Below, piece after piece: positions 13,432 through 27,850 of a DNA stretch of 64,000 nucleotides (its first letter is position 1; every line of letters starts with the position of its first letter). The notes beneath the pieces were generated by a model. It was not told where the DNA came from, searched no databases, and saw nothing but the letters and a program-made list of their open reading frames with translations. Position numbers and translations under genes: made by a program. The stretch comes from Lingula anatina (taxonomy: Eukaryota > Animalia > Brachiopoda). The stretch lies in assembly GCA_051362555.1 (NCBI GenBank), contig CM120645.1, forward strand, positions 17,856,001 to 17,920,000. Reading direction: 5' to 3'.

Positions 13432-14104
13432 GTCCATTTTAGTTTCTTTGCCATAAACTTTCTCTGCACCTTTTTGTTGTCTCTGTGAAATTCCCATTTT
13501 ACATCTGTCCATTCTTTTGCATTCTCATAAACATTTTCTGTCTGAACCTTGTTTATCTTCATTCTCTACAGCTTTAAGTACCTCCTCACCTGCACTTTGT
13601 TTCATCTCTACTTCAGTAAGTTTGTCTCTGTCTGTATCTTTGAAATTAGAAAAATCCATTTCCATCGGTTCATCATTAAGTCCTTCATCAGCATTCTTTA
13701 CATAATCCGTTACAGCCTTTTCATCTACACCATGTTTCTCCACATACTTTGGGTCATCATCATCATCAAGTCCTTCATCTGTATTCTTTACATCATCTGT
13801 TAAAGCCTTTTCAACTACATCAGGTTTCTCATAATACTTTAGTTCACCTATTCTACTCTCTTTTTCAATTAATCTGTTGTCATCATCATCATCAGTTTTC
13901 AATCCTGGCTCTTGTTCTTGTTCTTTCTCGACATACCCTTTACATTTCACATTTCTGCACTTTCATGAAATCGGTTCCCTTTTCTACCTCTTGTTCCTTT
14001 ATAATCATAATGTCCTTGCTGAGTTCATTTCCATCATTTTCCTCACCTGCATCACGTTCCTTTACAAACTTCATCTGATTCATACATTCATCCTCATTAG
14101 CCAT
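13432..14104 (-). pseudogene. Degenerate acidic (D/E/K-rich) accessory ORF inside the LTR element, copy 1
   Basis: ORFs 13940..14128 and 13525..13950 join (QKCKGY) if the 7 bp tandem duplication ACATTTC at 13942-13955 is collapsed. Internal ~30 aa repeat (KYxEK...VKNxDEGL). Confidence 0.55.
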
Positions 14105-14339
14105 AGTCAGTGTCTCCTGTATAAACATAATATGTAAATGAGTGATTTCATCACATGCATTTAGTGGACCTTAACAAACAGTAACATGCACCACAATGAG
14201 AACGAACACAACGAAAAAAAGTAAAAAACATAGCTGCACACAGTCATCACAGTATGTACAAACACATTCAGTAACAATACAGAATAGACATAGCAGACAA
14301 AATATAAAGAGACACATAGAGATACAGTGACAACACCAT

Positions 14340-15690
14340 CATACAGAGAAATAGTAATGATTACATAGAAACACAGTCACAATACAGACATGCACAGTGA
14401 TCAGAATAAATTTTAACATGTACAGTGACCACACAACCATGCATAGTAACAAGAATAAATTAAAACAAACACAGTAAAAATATAGACAAACACAGTAATT
14501 AGAAACAAATTTCACTTGTACAGTGACAACAGTAACATTTGCCGTAATAAGAATGAACACAACGAAAAACAGTGAAAACGAAGTTGTACACAGTCATCTC
14601 ATAATGTACAAACACATTCAGTAACAATACAGAATAGACACAGCAAAGAGAATATAAACAGACACATAGACATACAATGAAAACACCAACACGCAGAGTA
14701 TAATAGTAATGATTACAAACAAATAGAGTGACAAAACTGACATAAACAGTGCTCACAATAAATACAAACATCAACAGTAACAACACCAACAAACACAGTA
14801 ATCAAAATAAATACAAAGAAACACAGTCACAATACAGGCATGCACAGTGATCAGAATAAATTTTAACATGTACAGTGACCACACAACCATGCATAGTAAC
14901 AAGAATAAATTAAAACAAACAGTAAAAATATAGACAAACACAGTAATTAGAAACAAATTTCACTTGTACAGTGACAACAGTAACATTTGCCGTAATAAGA
15001 ATGAACACAACGAAAAACAGTGAAAACGAAGTTGTACACAGTCATCTCACAATGTACAAACACATTCAGTAACAATACAGAATAGACACAGCAAAGAGAA
15101 TATAAACAGACACATAGACATACAATGAAAACACCAACACGCAAAGTATAATAGTAATGATTACAAACAAATAGAGTGACAAAACTGACATAAACAGTGC
15201 TCACAATAAATACAAACATCAACAGTAACAACACCAACAAACACAGTAATCAAAATAAATACAAAGAAACACAGTCACAATACAGACATGCACAGTGATC
15301 AGAATAAATTTTAACATGTACAGTGACCACACAACCATGCATAGTAACAAGAATAAATTAAAACAAACAGTAAAAATATAGACAAACACAGTAATTAGAA
15401 ACAAATTTCACTTGTACAGTGACAACAGTAACATTTGCCGTAATAAGAATGAACACAACGAAAAACAGTGAAAACGAAGTTGTACACAGTCATCTCATAA
15501 TGTACAAACACATTCAGTAACAATACAGAATAGACACAGCAAAGAGAATGTAAACAGACACACAGACATACAATGAAAACACCAACACGCAGAGTATAAT
15601 AGTAATGATTACAAACAAATAGAGTGACAAAACTGACATACACAGTGCTCACAATAAATACAAACATCAACAGTAACAACACCAACATGC
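14340..15690. repeat. Three near-identical 448 bp higher-order satellite units
   Basis: Near-identical ORF-track translations at 14499, 14947 and 15395. The same variant occurs at 36240-37140 with a 450 bp period. Confidence 0.85.
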
Positions 15691-18600
15691 ACAGTAACCA
15701 AAATAAATAAAAACAAACACAGTAAAAATACAGACAAACACAGTAATTAGAAAAAATTTGACGTGTACAGTGACAACAGTAACGTTAACCCTAATGGGAA
15801 TGAACACAAGAAAAAAGAGTGAAAACAAAGTTATACACAGTTATCACAATATATATAAACACATTCAGTAACAATACAGAATAGACAAAGCAAACAGCAT
15901 ATAAACAGACACATAGACAAAGTGACAACAGCATCACGCAGAGTAATGGTAATGATAACAAACAAATAGAGTAAAAAAAAACTGACATACACAGTGCTCA
16001 CAATAAATAGAAACATCAACATAAAAAAACTGACATAAACAGTGGTCAAAATAAATATTAACATGTACAGTGACAATAATAACATGCACAATAATCAAAA
16101 TGAATACAAACAAACAGTCACAATACAGACATACAGAGTGATCAGAATAAATTTTAACATGTACAGTGACCATACAACCATGCATGGTAACAAGAATAAA
16201 CACAAATTAATCGGGTGATTACACAGTCATACACAGTGATCACAATATATATACAAACACATTCAATGACAATACAGAATGGAAACAGTTATCAGAGTAT
16301 AAACAGACACATAAACTATAATGACAGTGACATCACCAACATGCACAGTTAAAATTTTGACTAAAAAGAAATAAACAGACAAAAATGACATCCACATTGC
16401 TGACAATAGATATAAACACAAACAGTGCCAATGCTAAAATGCAAAGTGTTCAAAATGACTACAAACAAATAGAGTGACAAAACTGACATACACAGTGCTC
16501 ACAATAAATACAAACACGAACAGTGACAACACAAACATGCACAGTAATCAAAATAAATAAAATCAAGCACAGTCAAAACACAGACATACACAGTGATTAG
16601 AAAAAATATCAAATGTACAGTGACAACAGTAATTTGCAACATAATGAGAACGAACACAACGAAAAAATGTAAAAAACATAGCTGCACACAGTCATGCACA
16701 GTATGTACAAACTCATTCAGTAACAATACAGAATAGACACAGCAAACAGAATATAAACAGACACAGAGATACAGTGACAACACCATCATGCAGAGTAATA
16801 GTAATGATTGCAAACAAATAGAGTGACAAAACTGACATACACAGTGCTCACAATAAATACAAACATGAACAGTGACAACACAAACATGCACAGTAACCAA
16901 AATAAATACAAACAAATGCAGTCACAAAACAGACATACACAGTGATTAGAAAAAAATTTCACATGTACAGTGACAACAGTAACATTTACCGTAATAAGAA
17001 TGAACACAAGGAAAAAGAGTGAAAACAAAGTTATACACAGTCATCACATAATGTACAAACACATTCAGTAACAATACAGAATAGACACAGCAGACAGAAT
17101 ATAAAGAGACACAGAGATACAGTGACAACACAATCATAGAGAGAAATAGTAATGATTACATAGAAACACAGTCACAATACAGACATGCACAGTGATCAGA
17201 ATAAATTTTAACATGTACAGTGACCACACAACCATGCATAGTAACAAGAATAAATTAAAACAAACACAGTAAAAATATAGACAAATACAGTAATTAGAAA
17301 CAAATTTCACTTGTACAGTGACAACAGTAACATTTGCCGTAATAAGAATGAACACAACGAAAAACAGTGAAAACAAAGTTGTACACAGTCATCTCATAAT
17401 GTACAAACACATTCAGTAACAATACAGAATAGACACAGCAAAGAGAATATAAACAGACACATAGACATACAGTGAAAACACCATCACGCAGAGTAATAGT
17501 AATGATTACAAGCAAATAGAGTGACAAAACTGACATAAACAGTGCTCACAATAAATACAAACATCAACAGTAACTATACCAACAAACACAGTAATAAAAA
17601 TAAATACAAAGAAACAGTCACAATACATTCATACACAGTGATCAGAATAAATTTTGACATGTACAGTGACAAAAGTAAGATTGACCATAATAAGACTAAA
17701 CAAAACAAAAAAGAATGAAAACGAAGTTGTACAGTCATCTCATAATGTACAAACATATTCAGTAACAATACAGAATAGACAGCAGACAGCATATAAACAG
17801 ACACATAGACATACAGTGACAACACCATCATGGAGAGTAATAGTAATGATTACAAACAAATGTGAGTGACAAAACTGACATAAACAGTGCTCACAATAAA
17901 TACAAACATCAACAGTAACAACAGCAACAAACACAGTAATCAAAATAAATGCAAACAAAATGTCACAAAACAGACATACACAGCGATTAGAAAAAAAATT
18001 CACATGTACAGTGACAACAGTAACATTCGCCGTATGAACACAACGAAAAACAGTGAAAACAAAGTTGTACATAGTCATCTCATAATGTACAAACACATTC
18101 AGTAACAATACAGAATAGACACAGCACACAGAATATAAAGAGACACAGAGATACACTGACAACACAATCATGCAGAGCAATAGTAATGATAACAAACAAA
18201 TAGAGTGACAAAACTGACATACACAGTGCTCAAAATAAATACAAACACGAACAGTGACAACACAAACATGCACAGTAACCAAAATAAATAAAAACAAACA
18301 CAGTAAAAATACAGACAAAAACAGTAATGAGAAACAAATTTCAATTGTACAGTGACAACAGTAACATTTACTGTAATAAGAATGAACACAACGAAAAAGA
18401 GTGAAAACGAAGCTGTACACAGTTATCTCATAATGTGCAAACACTTTCAGTTACAATACAGAATAGACACAGCAGACAGAATATAAAGAGACACATAGAG
18501 ATACAGTGACAACACCATCATACAGAGTAATAGTAATGATTACATACAAACACAGTCACAATACAGACATACACAGTGATCAGAATAAATTTTAACATGT

Positions 18601-21600
18601 ATAGTGACCACACAACCATGCATAGTAACAAGAATAAACACAAATTAATCGGGTGATTACACAGTCATACACAGTGATCACAATAAATAGAAACATCAAC
18701 ATAAAAAAAACTGACATAAACAGTGGTCAAAATAAATATTAACAGGTACAGTGATAATAACATGCACAATAATCAAAATGAATACAAACAAACACAGTCA
18801 CAATATAGACATACACAGTGATTAGAATAAATTTTAATATGTCCAGTGACCACAGAACCATGCATAGTAACAAGAATAAACACAAATTAATCGGGTGATT
18901 ACAGTCGTACACAGTGATCACAATATATATACAAACACATTCAATGACAATACAGAATGGAAACGGTGATCAAGAGTATAAACAGACATATAAACTATAA
19001 TAATAGTAACAATACCAACATGCACAGTTAAAATAATGACTAAAAATAAATAAACAGACAAAACTGACATCCACATTGCTGACAAAAGATATAAACACAA
19101 ACAGTGCCAACGCTAAAATGCACAATGATCAAAATGACTACAAATAGAGTGACAAAACTGACATACACAGTGCTCACAATAAATACAAACACGAACAGTG
19201 ACAAAACAAACATGCACAGTAATCAAAATAAATAAAAACAAGCACAGTCAAAACACAGACATACACAATGATTAGAAAAAAAATTAAATGTACAATGACA
19301 ACAGTAACGTGCAACATAATGAGAACAAACACAACGAAAAAATGTAAAAAACATAGCTGCATACAGTCATCACAGTATGTACAAACTCATTCAGTAACAA
19401 TACAGAATAGACACAGCAAACAGCATATAAACAGACACATAGACATACAGTGACAACACCATCATGGAGAGTAATAGTAATGATTACAAACAAATGTGAG
19501 TGACAAAACTGACATACACAGTGCTCACAATAAATACAAACATCAACAGTAACAACAGCAACAAACACAGTAATCAAATTAAATGCAAACAAAAACAGTC
19601 ACAAAACAGACATACACAGTGATTAGAAAAAAATTTCACATGTAGTGACAACAATGACATTCACCATAATGAGAATGAACACAAGGAAAAAGAGTAAAAA
19701 AATTTCAAACATAAAGGGACAACAGTAACATTCACCTTAATGACAATGAACACAGGGTAAAAGAGTGAAAACGAAATCGTAAACAGTCATCTCGATATGA
19801 ACAAACACATTCAGTAACAATACAGAATAGAAACAGCACACAGCATATAAACAGACACATAGACATACAGTGACAACACCATCACACACAGTAATAGTAA
19901 TGATTACAAACAAATAGAGTGACAAAACTGACATACACAGTGCTCACAATAAATACAAACATCAACAGTAACAACACAAACAAACACAGTAATCAAAATA
20001 AATACAAACAAACACAGTCACAAAACAGGAACACAGTGATAAGAAAAAAATTTCACAAGTACAGTGAAAACAATGACATTCACCATAATGAGAATGAACA
20101 CAAGGAAAAAGAGTAAAAAAATTTCAAACGTACAGGGACAACAGTAACATTCACCTTAATGACAAGAACACAAGGTAAAAGAGTGAAAACGAAATCGTAA
20201 ACAGTCATCTCGATATGAACAAACACATTCAGTAACAATACAGAATAGAAACAGCAAACAGCATATAAACAGACACATAGACATATATTGACAACATCAT
20301 CATGCAGAGTAATGTTAATGATTACAAACAAATAGAGTTAAAAAACTGACATACACAGTGCTCACAATAAATACAAACACGAACAGTGACAACACAAACA
20401 TGCGCAGTAACCAAAATAATAAAAACAAACACAGTAAAAATACAGACAAACACAGTAATTAGAAACAAATTTCACTTGTACAGTGACAACAGTAACATTT
20501 ACCGTAATGAGAATGAACACAACGAAAAACAGTGAAAACAAAGTTGTACACAGTCATCTCATAATGTACAAACACATTCAGTAACAATACAGAATAGACA
20601 CAGCACACAGAATATAAACAGACACATAAACATAGTGACAACACCATCATGCACAATAATAGTAATGATTACAAACAAATAGAGTGACAAAACTGACATA
20701 CACAGTGCTCACAATAAATACAAACATCAACAGTTACAACACCAAAAAACACAGTAATAAAAAAAAATACAAACAAACACAGTCACAAAACAGAAACACA
20801 GTGATTAGAAAAAAATTTCACATGTACAGTGACAACAATGACATTCACCATAATAAGAATGAACACAAGGAAAAAGAGTAAAAAAATTTCAAATGTACGG
20901 GGACTACAGTAACATTCACCTTAATGACAATGAACACAACGAAAAACAGTGAAAACGAAGTTGTACACAGTCATCTCATAATGTACAAACACATTCAGTA
21001 ACAATACAGAATAGACACAGCAAAGAGAATATAAACAGACACATAGACATACAGTGAAAACACCATCACGCAGAGTAATAGTAATGATTACAAACAAATA
21101 GAGTGACAAAACTGACATAAACAGTGCTCACAATAAATACAAACATCAACAGTAACAACATCAACAAACACAGTAATCAAAATAAATACAAAGAAACACA
21201 GTCACAATACATTCATACACAGTGATCAGAATAAATTTTGACATGTACAGTGACAAAAGTATGATTCACCATAATAAGACTGAACAAAACGAAAAAGAGT
21301 GAAAACGAAGTTGTACACAGTCATCTCATAATGTACAAACATATTCAGTAACAATACAAAATAGACACAGCAGACAGAATATAAAGAGACACATAGAGAT
21401 ACAGTGACAACACCATCATGCAGAGTAATAATAATGATTACAAACAAATAGAGTGACAAAACTGACATAAACAGTGCTCACAATAGATACAAACATCAAC
21501 AGTAACAACAGCAACAAACACAGTAATGAAAATAAATGCAAGCAAAAAGTCACAAAACAGACATACACAGCGATTAGAAAAAAAATTCACATGTACAGTG

Positions 21601-24600
21601 AGAACAGTAACATTCACCGTAATAAGAATGAACACAACGAAAAACAGTGAAAACGAAGTTGTACACAGTCATCTCATAATGTACAAACACATTCAGTAAC
21701 AATACAGAATAGACACAGCACACAGAATATAAAGAGACACAGAGATACACTGACAACACAATCGTGCAGAGTAATAGTAATGATTACAAACAAATAGAGT
21801 GACAAAACTGACATACACAGTGCTCAAAATAAATACAAACACGAACAGTGACAACACAAACATGCACAGTAACCAAAATAAATAAAAACAAACACAGTAA
21901 AAATACAGACAAACACAGTAATTAGAAACAAATTTCACATGTACAGTGACAACAGAAACATTTACCGTAATAAGAATGAACACAACGAAAAAGAGTGAAA
22001 ACGAAGTTGTACACAGTCATCTCATAATGTGCAAACACATTCAGTAACAATACAGAATAGACACAGCAGACAGAATATAAAGAGACACATAGAGATACAG
22101 TGACAACACCATCATACAGAGTAATAGTAATGATTACATACAAACACAGTCACAATACAGACATACACAGTGATCAGAATAAATTTTAACATGTATAGTG
22201 ACCACACAACCATGCATAGTAACAAGAATAAACACAAATTAATCGGGTGATTACACAGTCATACACAGTGATCACAATAAATAGAAACATCAACATAAAA
22301 AAACTGACATAAACAGTGGTCAAAATAAATATTAACAGGTACAGTGATAATAACATGCACAATAATCAAAATGAATACAAACAAACACAGTCACAATACA
22401 GACATTCACAGTGATCAGAATAAATTTTAATATGTCCAGTGACCACAGAACCATGCATAGTAACAAGAATAAACACAAATTAATCGGATGATTACACAGT
22501 CATACACAGTGATCACAATATATATACAAACACATTCAATGACAATACAGAATGGAAACAGTGATCAGAGTATAAACAGACACATAAACTATAATGACAG
22601 TGACATCACCAACATGCACAGTTAAAATAATGACTAAAAATAAATAAACAGACAAAACTGACATCCACATTGCTGACAATAGATATAAACACAAACAGTG
22701 CCAACGCTAAAATGCACAATGATCAAAATGACTACAAATAGAGTGACAAAACTGACATACACAGTGCTCACAATAAATACGAACACGAACAGTGACAAAA
22801 CAAACATGCACAGTAATCAAAATAAATAAAAACAAGCACAGTCAAAACACAGACATACACAATGATTAGAAAAAAAATTAAATGTACAATGACAACAGTA
22901 ACGTGCAACATAATGAGAACAAACACAACGAAAAAATGTAAAAAACATAGCTGCATACAGTCATCACAGTATGTACAAACTCATTCAGTAACAATACAGA
23001 ATAGACACAGCAAACAACATATAAACAGACACATAGACATACAGTGACAACACCATCATGGAGAGTAATAGTAATGATTACAAACAAATAGAGTAACAAA
23101 ACTGACATACACAGTGCTCACAATAAATACAAACATGAACAGTAACAACACCAACAAACACAGTAATCAAAATAAATACAAACAAACACAGTCACAAAAC
23201 AGAAACACAGTGATTAGAAAAAAATTTCACATGTAGTGACAACAATGACATTCACCATAATGAGAATGAACACAAGGAAAAAGAGTAAAAAAATTTCAAA
23301 CGTACAGGGACAACAGTAACATTCACCTTAATGACAAGAACACAAGGTAAAAGAGTGAAAACGAAGTCGTAAACAGTCATCTCGATATGAACAAACACAT
23401 TCAGTAACAATACAGAATAGAAACAGCACACAGCATATAAACAGACACATAGACATACAGTGACAACACCATCACACACAGTAATAGTAATGATTACAAA
23501 CAAATAGAGTGACAAAACTGACATACACAGTGCTCACAATAAATACAAACATGAACAGTAACAACACCAACAAACACAGTAATCAAAATAAATACAAACA
23601 AACACAGTCACAAAACAGGAACACAGTGATTAGAAAAAAATTTCACAAGTACAGTGAAAACAATGACATTCACCATAATGAGAATGAACACAAAGAAAAA
23701 GAGTAAAAAAATTTCAAACGTACAGGGACAACAGTAACATTCACCTTAATGACAAGAACACAAGGTAAAAGAGTGAAAACGAAATCGTAAACAGTCATCT
23801 CGATATGAACAAACACATTCAGTAACAATACAGAATAGAAACAGCAAACAGCATATAAACAGACACATAGACATATATTGACAACATCATCATGCAGAGT
23901 AATGATAATGATTACAAACAAATAGAGTTAAAAAACTGATATACACAGTGCTCACAATAAATACAAACACGAACAGTGACAACACAAACATGCACAGTAA
24001 CCAAAATAATAAAAACAAACACAGTAAAAATACAGACAAACGCAGTAATTAGAAACAAATTTCACTTGTACAGTGACAACAGTAACATTTACCGTAATGA
24101 GAAAGAACTCAACGAAAAACAGTAAAAAACAAAGTTGTACACAGTCATCTCATAATGTACAAACACATTCAGTAACAATACAGAATAGACACAGCACACA
24201 GAATATAAACAGTCACATAAACATAGTGACAACACCATCATGCACAATAATAGTAATGATTACAAACAAATAGAGTGACAAAACTGACATACACAGTGCT
24301 CACAATAAATACAAACATCAACAGTTACAACACCAACAAACAGTAATAAAAAAAAAATACAAACAAACACAGTCACAAAACAGAAACACAGTAATTAGAA
24401 AAAAATTTCACATGTACAGTGACAACAATGACATTCACCATAATAAGAATGAACACAAGGAAAAAGAGTAAAAAAATTTCAAATGTACAGGGACTACAGT
24501 AACATTCACCTTAATGACAATGAACACAACGAAAAACAGTGAAAACGAAGTTGTACACAGTCATCTCATAATGTACAAACACATTCAGTAACAATACAGA

Positions 24601-26970
24601 ATAGACACAGCAAAGAGAATATAAACAGACACATAGACATACAGTGAAAACACCATCACGCAGAGTAATAGTAATGATTACAAACAAATAGTGACAAAAC
24701 TGACATAAACAGTGCTCACAATAAATACAAACATCAACAGTAACAACACCAACAAACAGTAATCAAAATAAATACAAAGAAACACAGTCACAATACATTC
24801 ATACACAGTGATCAGAATAAATTTTGACATGTACAGTGACAAAAGTAAGATTCACCATAATAAGACTGAACAAAACGAAAAAGAGTGAAAACGAATTTGT
24901 ACACAGTCATCTCATAATGTACAAACATATTCAGTAACAATACAGAATAGACACAGCAGACAGAATATAAAGAGACACATAGAGATACAGTGACAACACC
25001 ATCATGCAGAGTAATAATAATGATTACAAACAAATAGAGTGACAAAACTGACATAAACAGTGCTCACAATAAATACAAACATCAACAGTAACAACAGCAA
25101 CAAACACAGTAATCAAAATAAATGCAAACAAAAAGTCACAAAACAGACATACACAGCGATTAGAAAAAAAATTCACATGTACAGTGACAAGAATGAACAC
25201 AACGAAAAACAGTGAAAACGAAGTTGTACACAGTCATCTCATAATGTGCAAACACATTCAGTAACAATACAGAATAGACACAGCAGACAGAATATAAAGA
25301 GACACAGAGATACAGTGACAACACCATCATACAGAGTAATAGTAATGATTACATACAAACACAGTCACAATACAGACATACACAGTGATCAGAATAAATT
25401 TTAACATGTATAGTGACCACACAACCATGCATAGTAACAAGAATAAACACAAATTAATCGGGTGATTACACAGTCATACACAGTGATCACAATAAATAGA
25501 AACATCAACATAAAAAAACTGACATAAACAGTGGTCAAAATAAATATTAACAGGTACAGTGATAATAACATGCACAATAATCAAAATGAATACAAACAAA
25601 CACAGTCACAATACAGACATACACAGTGATCAGAATAAATTTTGATATGTCCAGTGACCACAGAACCATGCATAGTAACAAGAATAAACAAAAATTAATC
25701 GGGTGATTACACAGTCATACACAGTGATCACAATATATATACAAACACATTCAATGACAATACAGAATGGAAACAGTGATCAGAGTATAAACAGATACAT
25801 AAACTATAATGACAGTGACAACACCAACATGCACAGTTAAAATAATGACTAAAAATAAATAAACAGACAAAACTGACATCCACATTGCTGACAATAGATA
25901 TAAAAACAAACAGTGCCAACGCTAAAATGCACAATGATCAAAATGACTACAAATAGAGTGACAAAACTGACATACACAGTGTTCACAATAAATACAAACA
26001 CGAACAGTGACAAAACAAACATGCACAGTAATCAAAATAAATAAAAACAAGCACAGTCAAAACACAGACATACACAATGATTAGAAAAAAAATCAAATGT
26101 ACAGTGACAACAGTAACGTGCAACATAATGAGAACGAACACAACGAAAAAATGTAAAAAACATAGCTGCACACAGTCATCACAGTATGTACAAACTCATT
26201 CAGTAACAATACAGAATAGACACAGCAAAGATAATGTAAACAGACACATAGACATACAGTGACAACACCATCATGGAGAGTAATAGTAATGATTACAAAC
26301 AAATAGAGTGACAAAACTGACATACACAGTACTCACAATAAATACAAACATCATCAGTAACAACAGCAACAAACACAGTAATCAAATTAAATGCAAACAA
26401 AAACAGTCACAAAACAGACATACACAGTGATTAGAAAAAAAATTCACATGTACAGTGACAACAGTAACATTAACCGTAATAAGAATGAACACAACGAAAA
26501 ACATTGAAAACGAAGTTGTACACAGTCATCTCATAATGTACAAACATATTCAGTAACAATACAGAATAGACACAGCAGACAATATAAAGAAACACAGAGA
26601 TACAGTGACAACACCATCATACAGAGAAATAGTAATGATTACATAGAAACACAGTCACAATACAGACATGCACAGTGATCAGAATAAATTTTATGTAGCC
26701 AAATGTTCACAAGCACAACGAAGCTCTGTTTTTGCTCCAAATTAAGTAGGATAAGTCCATATGACTGAAATTGTCATTTATTAATGACGAAAACTAATAA
26801 GATACAAAGTTACAAAACCGGGGAGATAATAAACATCCCCCAAACTATATAAGTGCTAAATATAAAAATAATAAAGTATGTTAATGAAATGTAACCAGGA
26901 TTAATTATGAAAAATATGAGAAATCACAACAGCTATAGGAGCAAAAAGTTGGCGCAAATGAAAATAAAAA

Positions 26971-27224
26971 CAGTTAAAAACCTGGGAAATACACCCAGAA
27001 CCTAGTATACCAGATACCACCAAAGGGCTCTCACTACTAGGCAAACAGTTAAAAACCTGGGAATACACCCAGAACCTAGTATACCAGATACCACAAAGGG
27101 CTCTCACTACTAGGCAAACAGTTAAAAAACCTGGGAAATACACCCAGAACCTAGTATACCAGATACCACTACAGGGTTCTCACTACTAGGCAAACAGTTA
27201 AAAACCTGGGAAGTACACCCAGAA
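26971..27224. repeat. ~75 bp tandem repeat (3.4 copies) with two hairpins per unit
   Basis: Units start CAGTTAAAAACCTGGG at 26971, 27046, 27119 and 27195. Stems CTGGG..CCCAG and CCTAGTA..TACTAGG. Confidence 0.9.
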
Positions 27225-27584
27225 AAAGGAGCATAAAAACTCCAAAAATGCATATCGCCTAGTCGACCAGAAACCCCTAATAATACTCCACCTGGTAATG
27301 CGGACACGGAGACATTCGGAAATAGGATATGAATAGTCAATGACAGCCAGGAAATAGAAAATATGGAAACTGCAAAAACACCTGGCCCGATAGGAATATA
27401 AACATAAATAAAATAGATGCACACAAAAGAAAAAAAAATCAAAAATAACATGATGAGTGACACCTAAACAAAATAGGTAACAACTGTAGTTGCGTAACAC
27501 AACAATTATAAATGTATTGATAAGAACACGTGAAAAAAGGGGGGGGGGAAATGAAAACAAATACTAGCCTGTGTGTGATCCAAA

Positions 27585-27850
27585 ACTGGAAGTCATCCCG
27601 TAAAAGGAAACAGCCGTCGCCGAAACTTGAATATCAAGTACTGGTGACTGGAGAAAAGTGAATATTGTCCAAATAAAATAAAGTCACCAAGTAACAAATA
27701 ACCGTCAACAGCCGTCGCTGAATCTTGAATACCAAAACTGGTGGCTGGGGAAAACTGAATAATCCGAAGAAAATGGTCACCAAGTAACAAATAGTCGTCC
27801 CCAAAACTTGAAACCACAAAAGTGATGACTGGTAACCAGTGTACAAATAA
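27585..27850. repeat. Diverged ~97 bp tandem repeat (2-3 copies)
   Basis: AACAGCCGTCGC-GAA-CTTGAATA at ~27609 and ~27707; GTCACCAAGTAACAAATA at ~27683 and ~27776. Confidence 0.7.

Larger units (their letters stand above)
12387..14176 (-). mobile_element. Internally deleted LTR retrotransposon (Gypsy-like), copy 1
   Basis: TG...CA ends and a 4 bp AACA duplication of satellite sequence (12383-12386 / 14177-14180). Full 354 bp LTR at 12387-12740, ~60 bp LTR remnant at ~14118-14176. Polypurine tract on the minus strand at 12741-12757. Confidence 0.8.

Noticed and set aside
26971-27224. CRISPR-like look of the hairpin-containing repeats
   Set aside because: The whole unit is repeated with no unique spacers. 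There are no cas genes and the context is eukaryotic.
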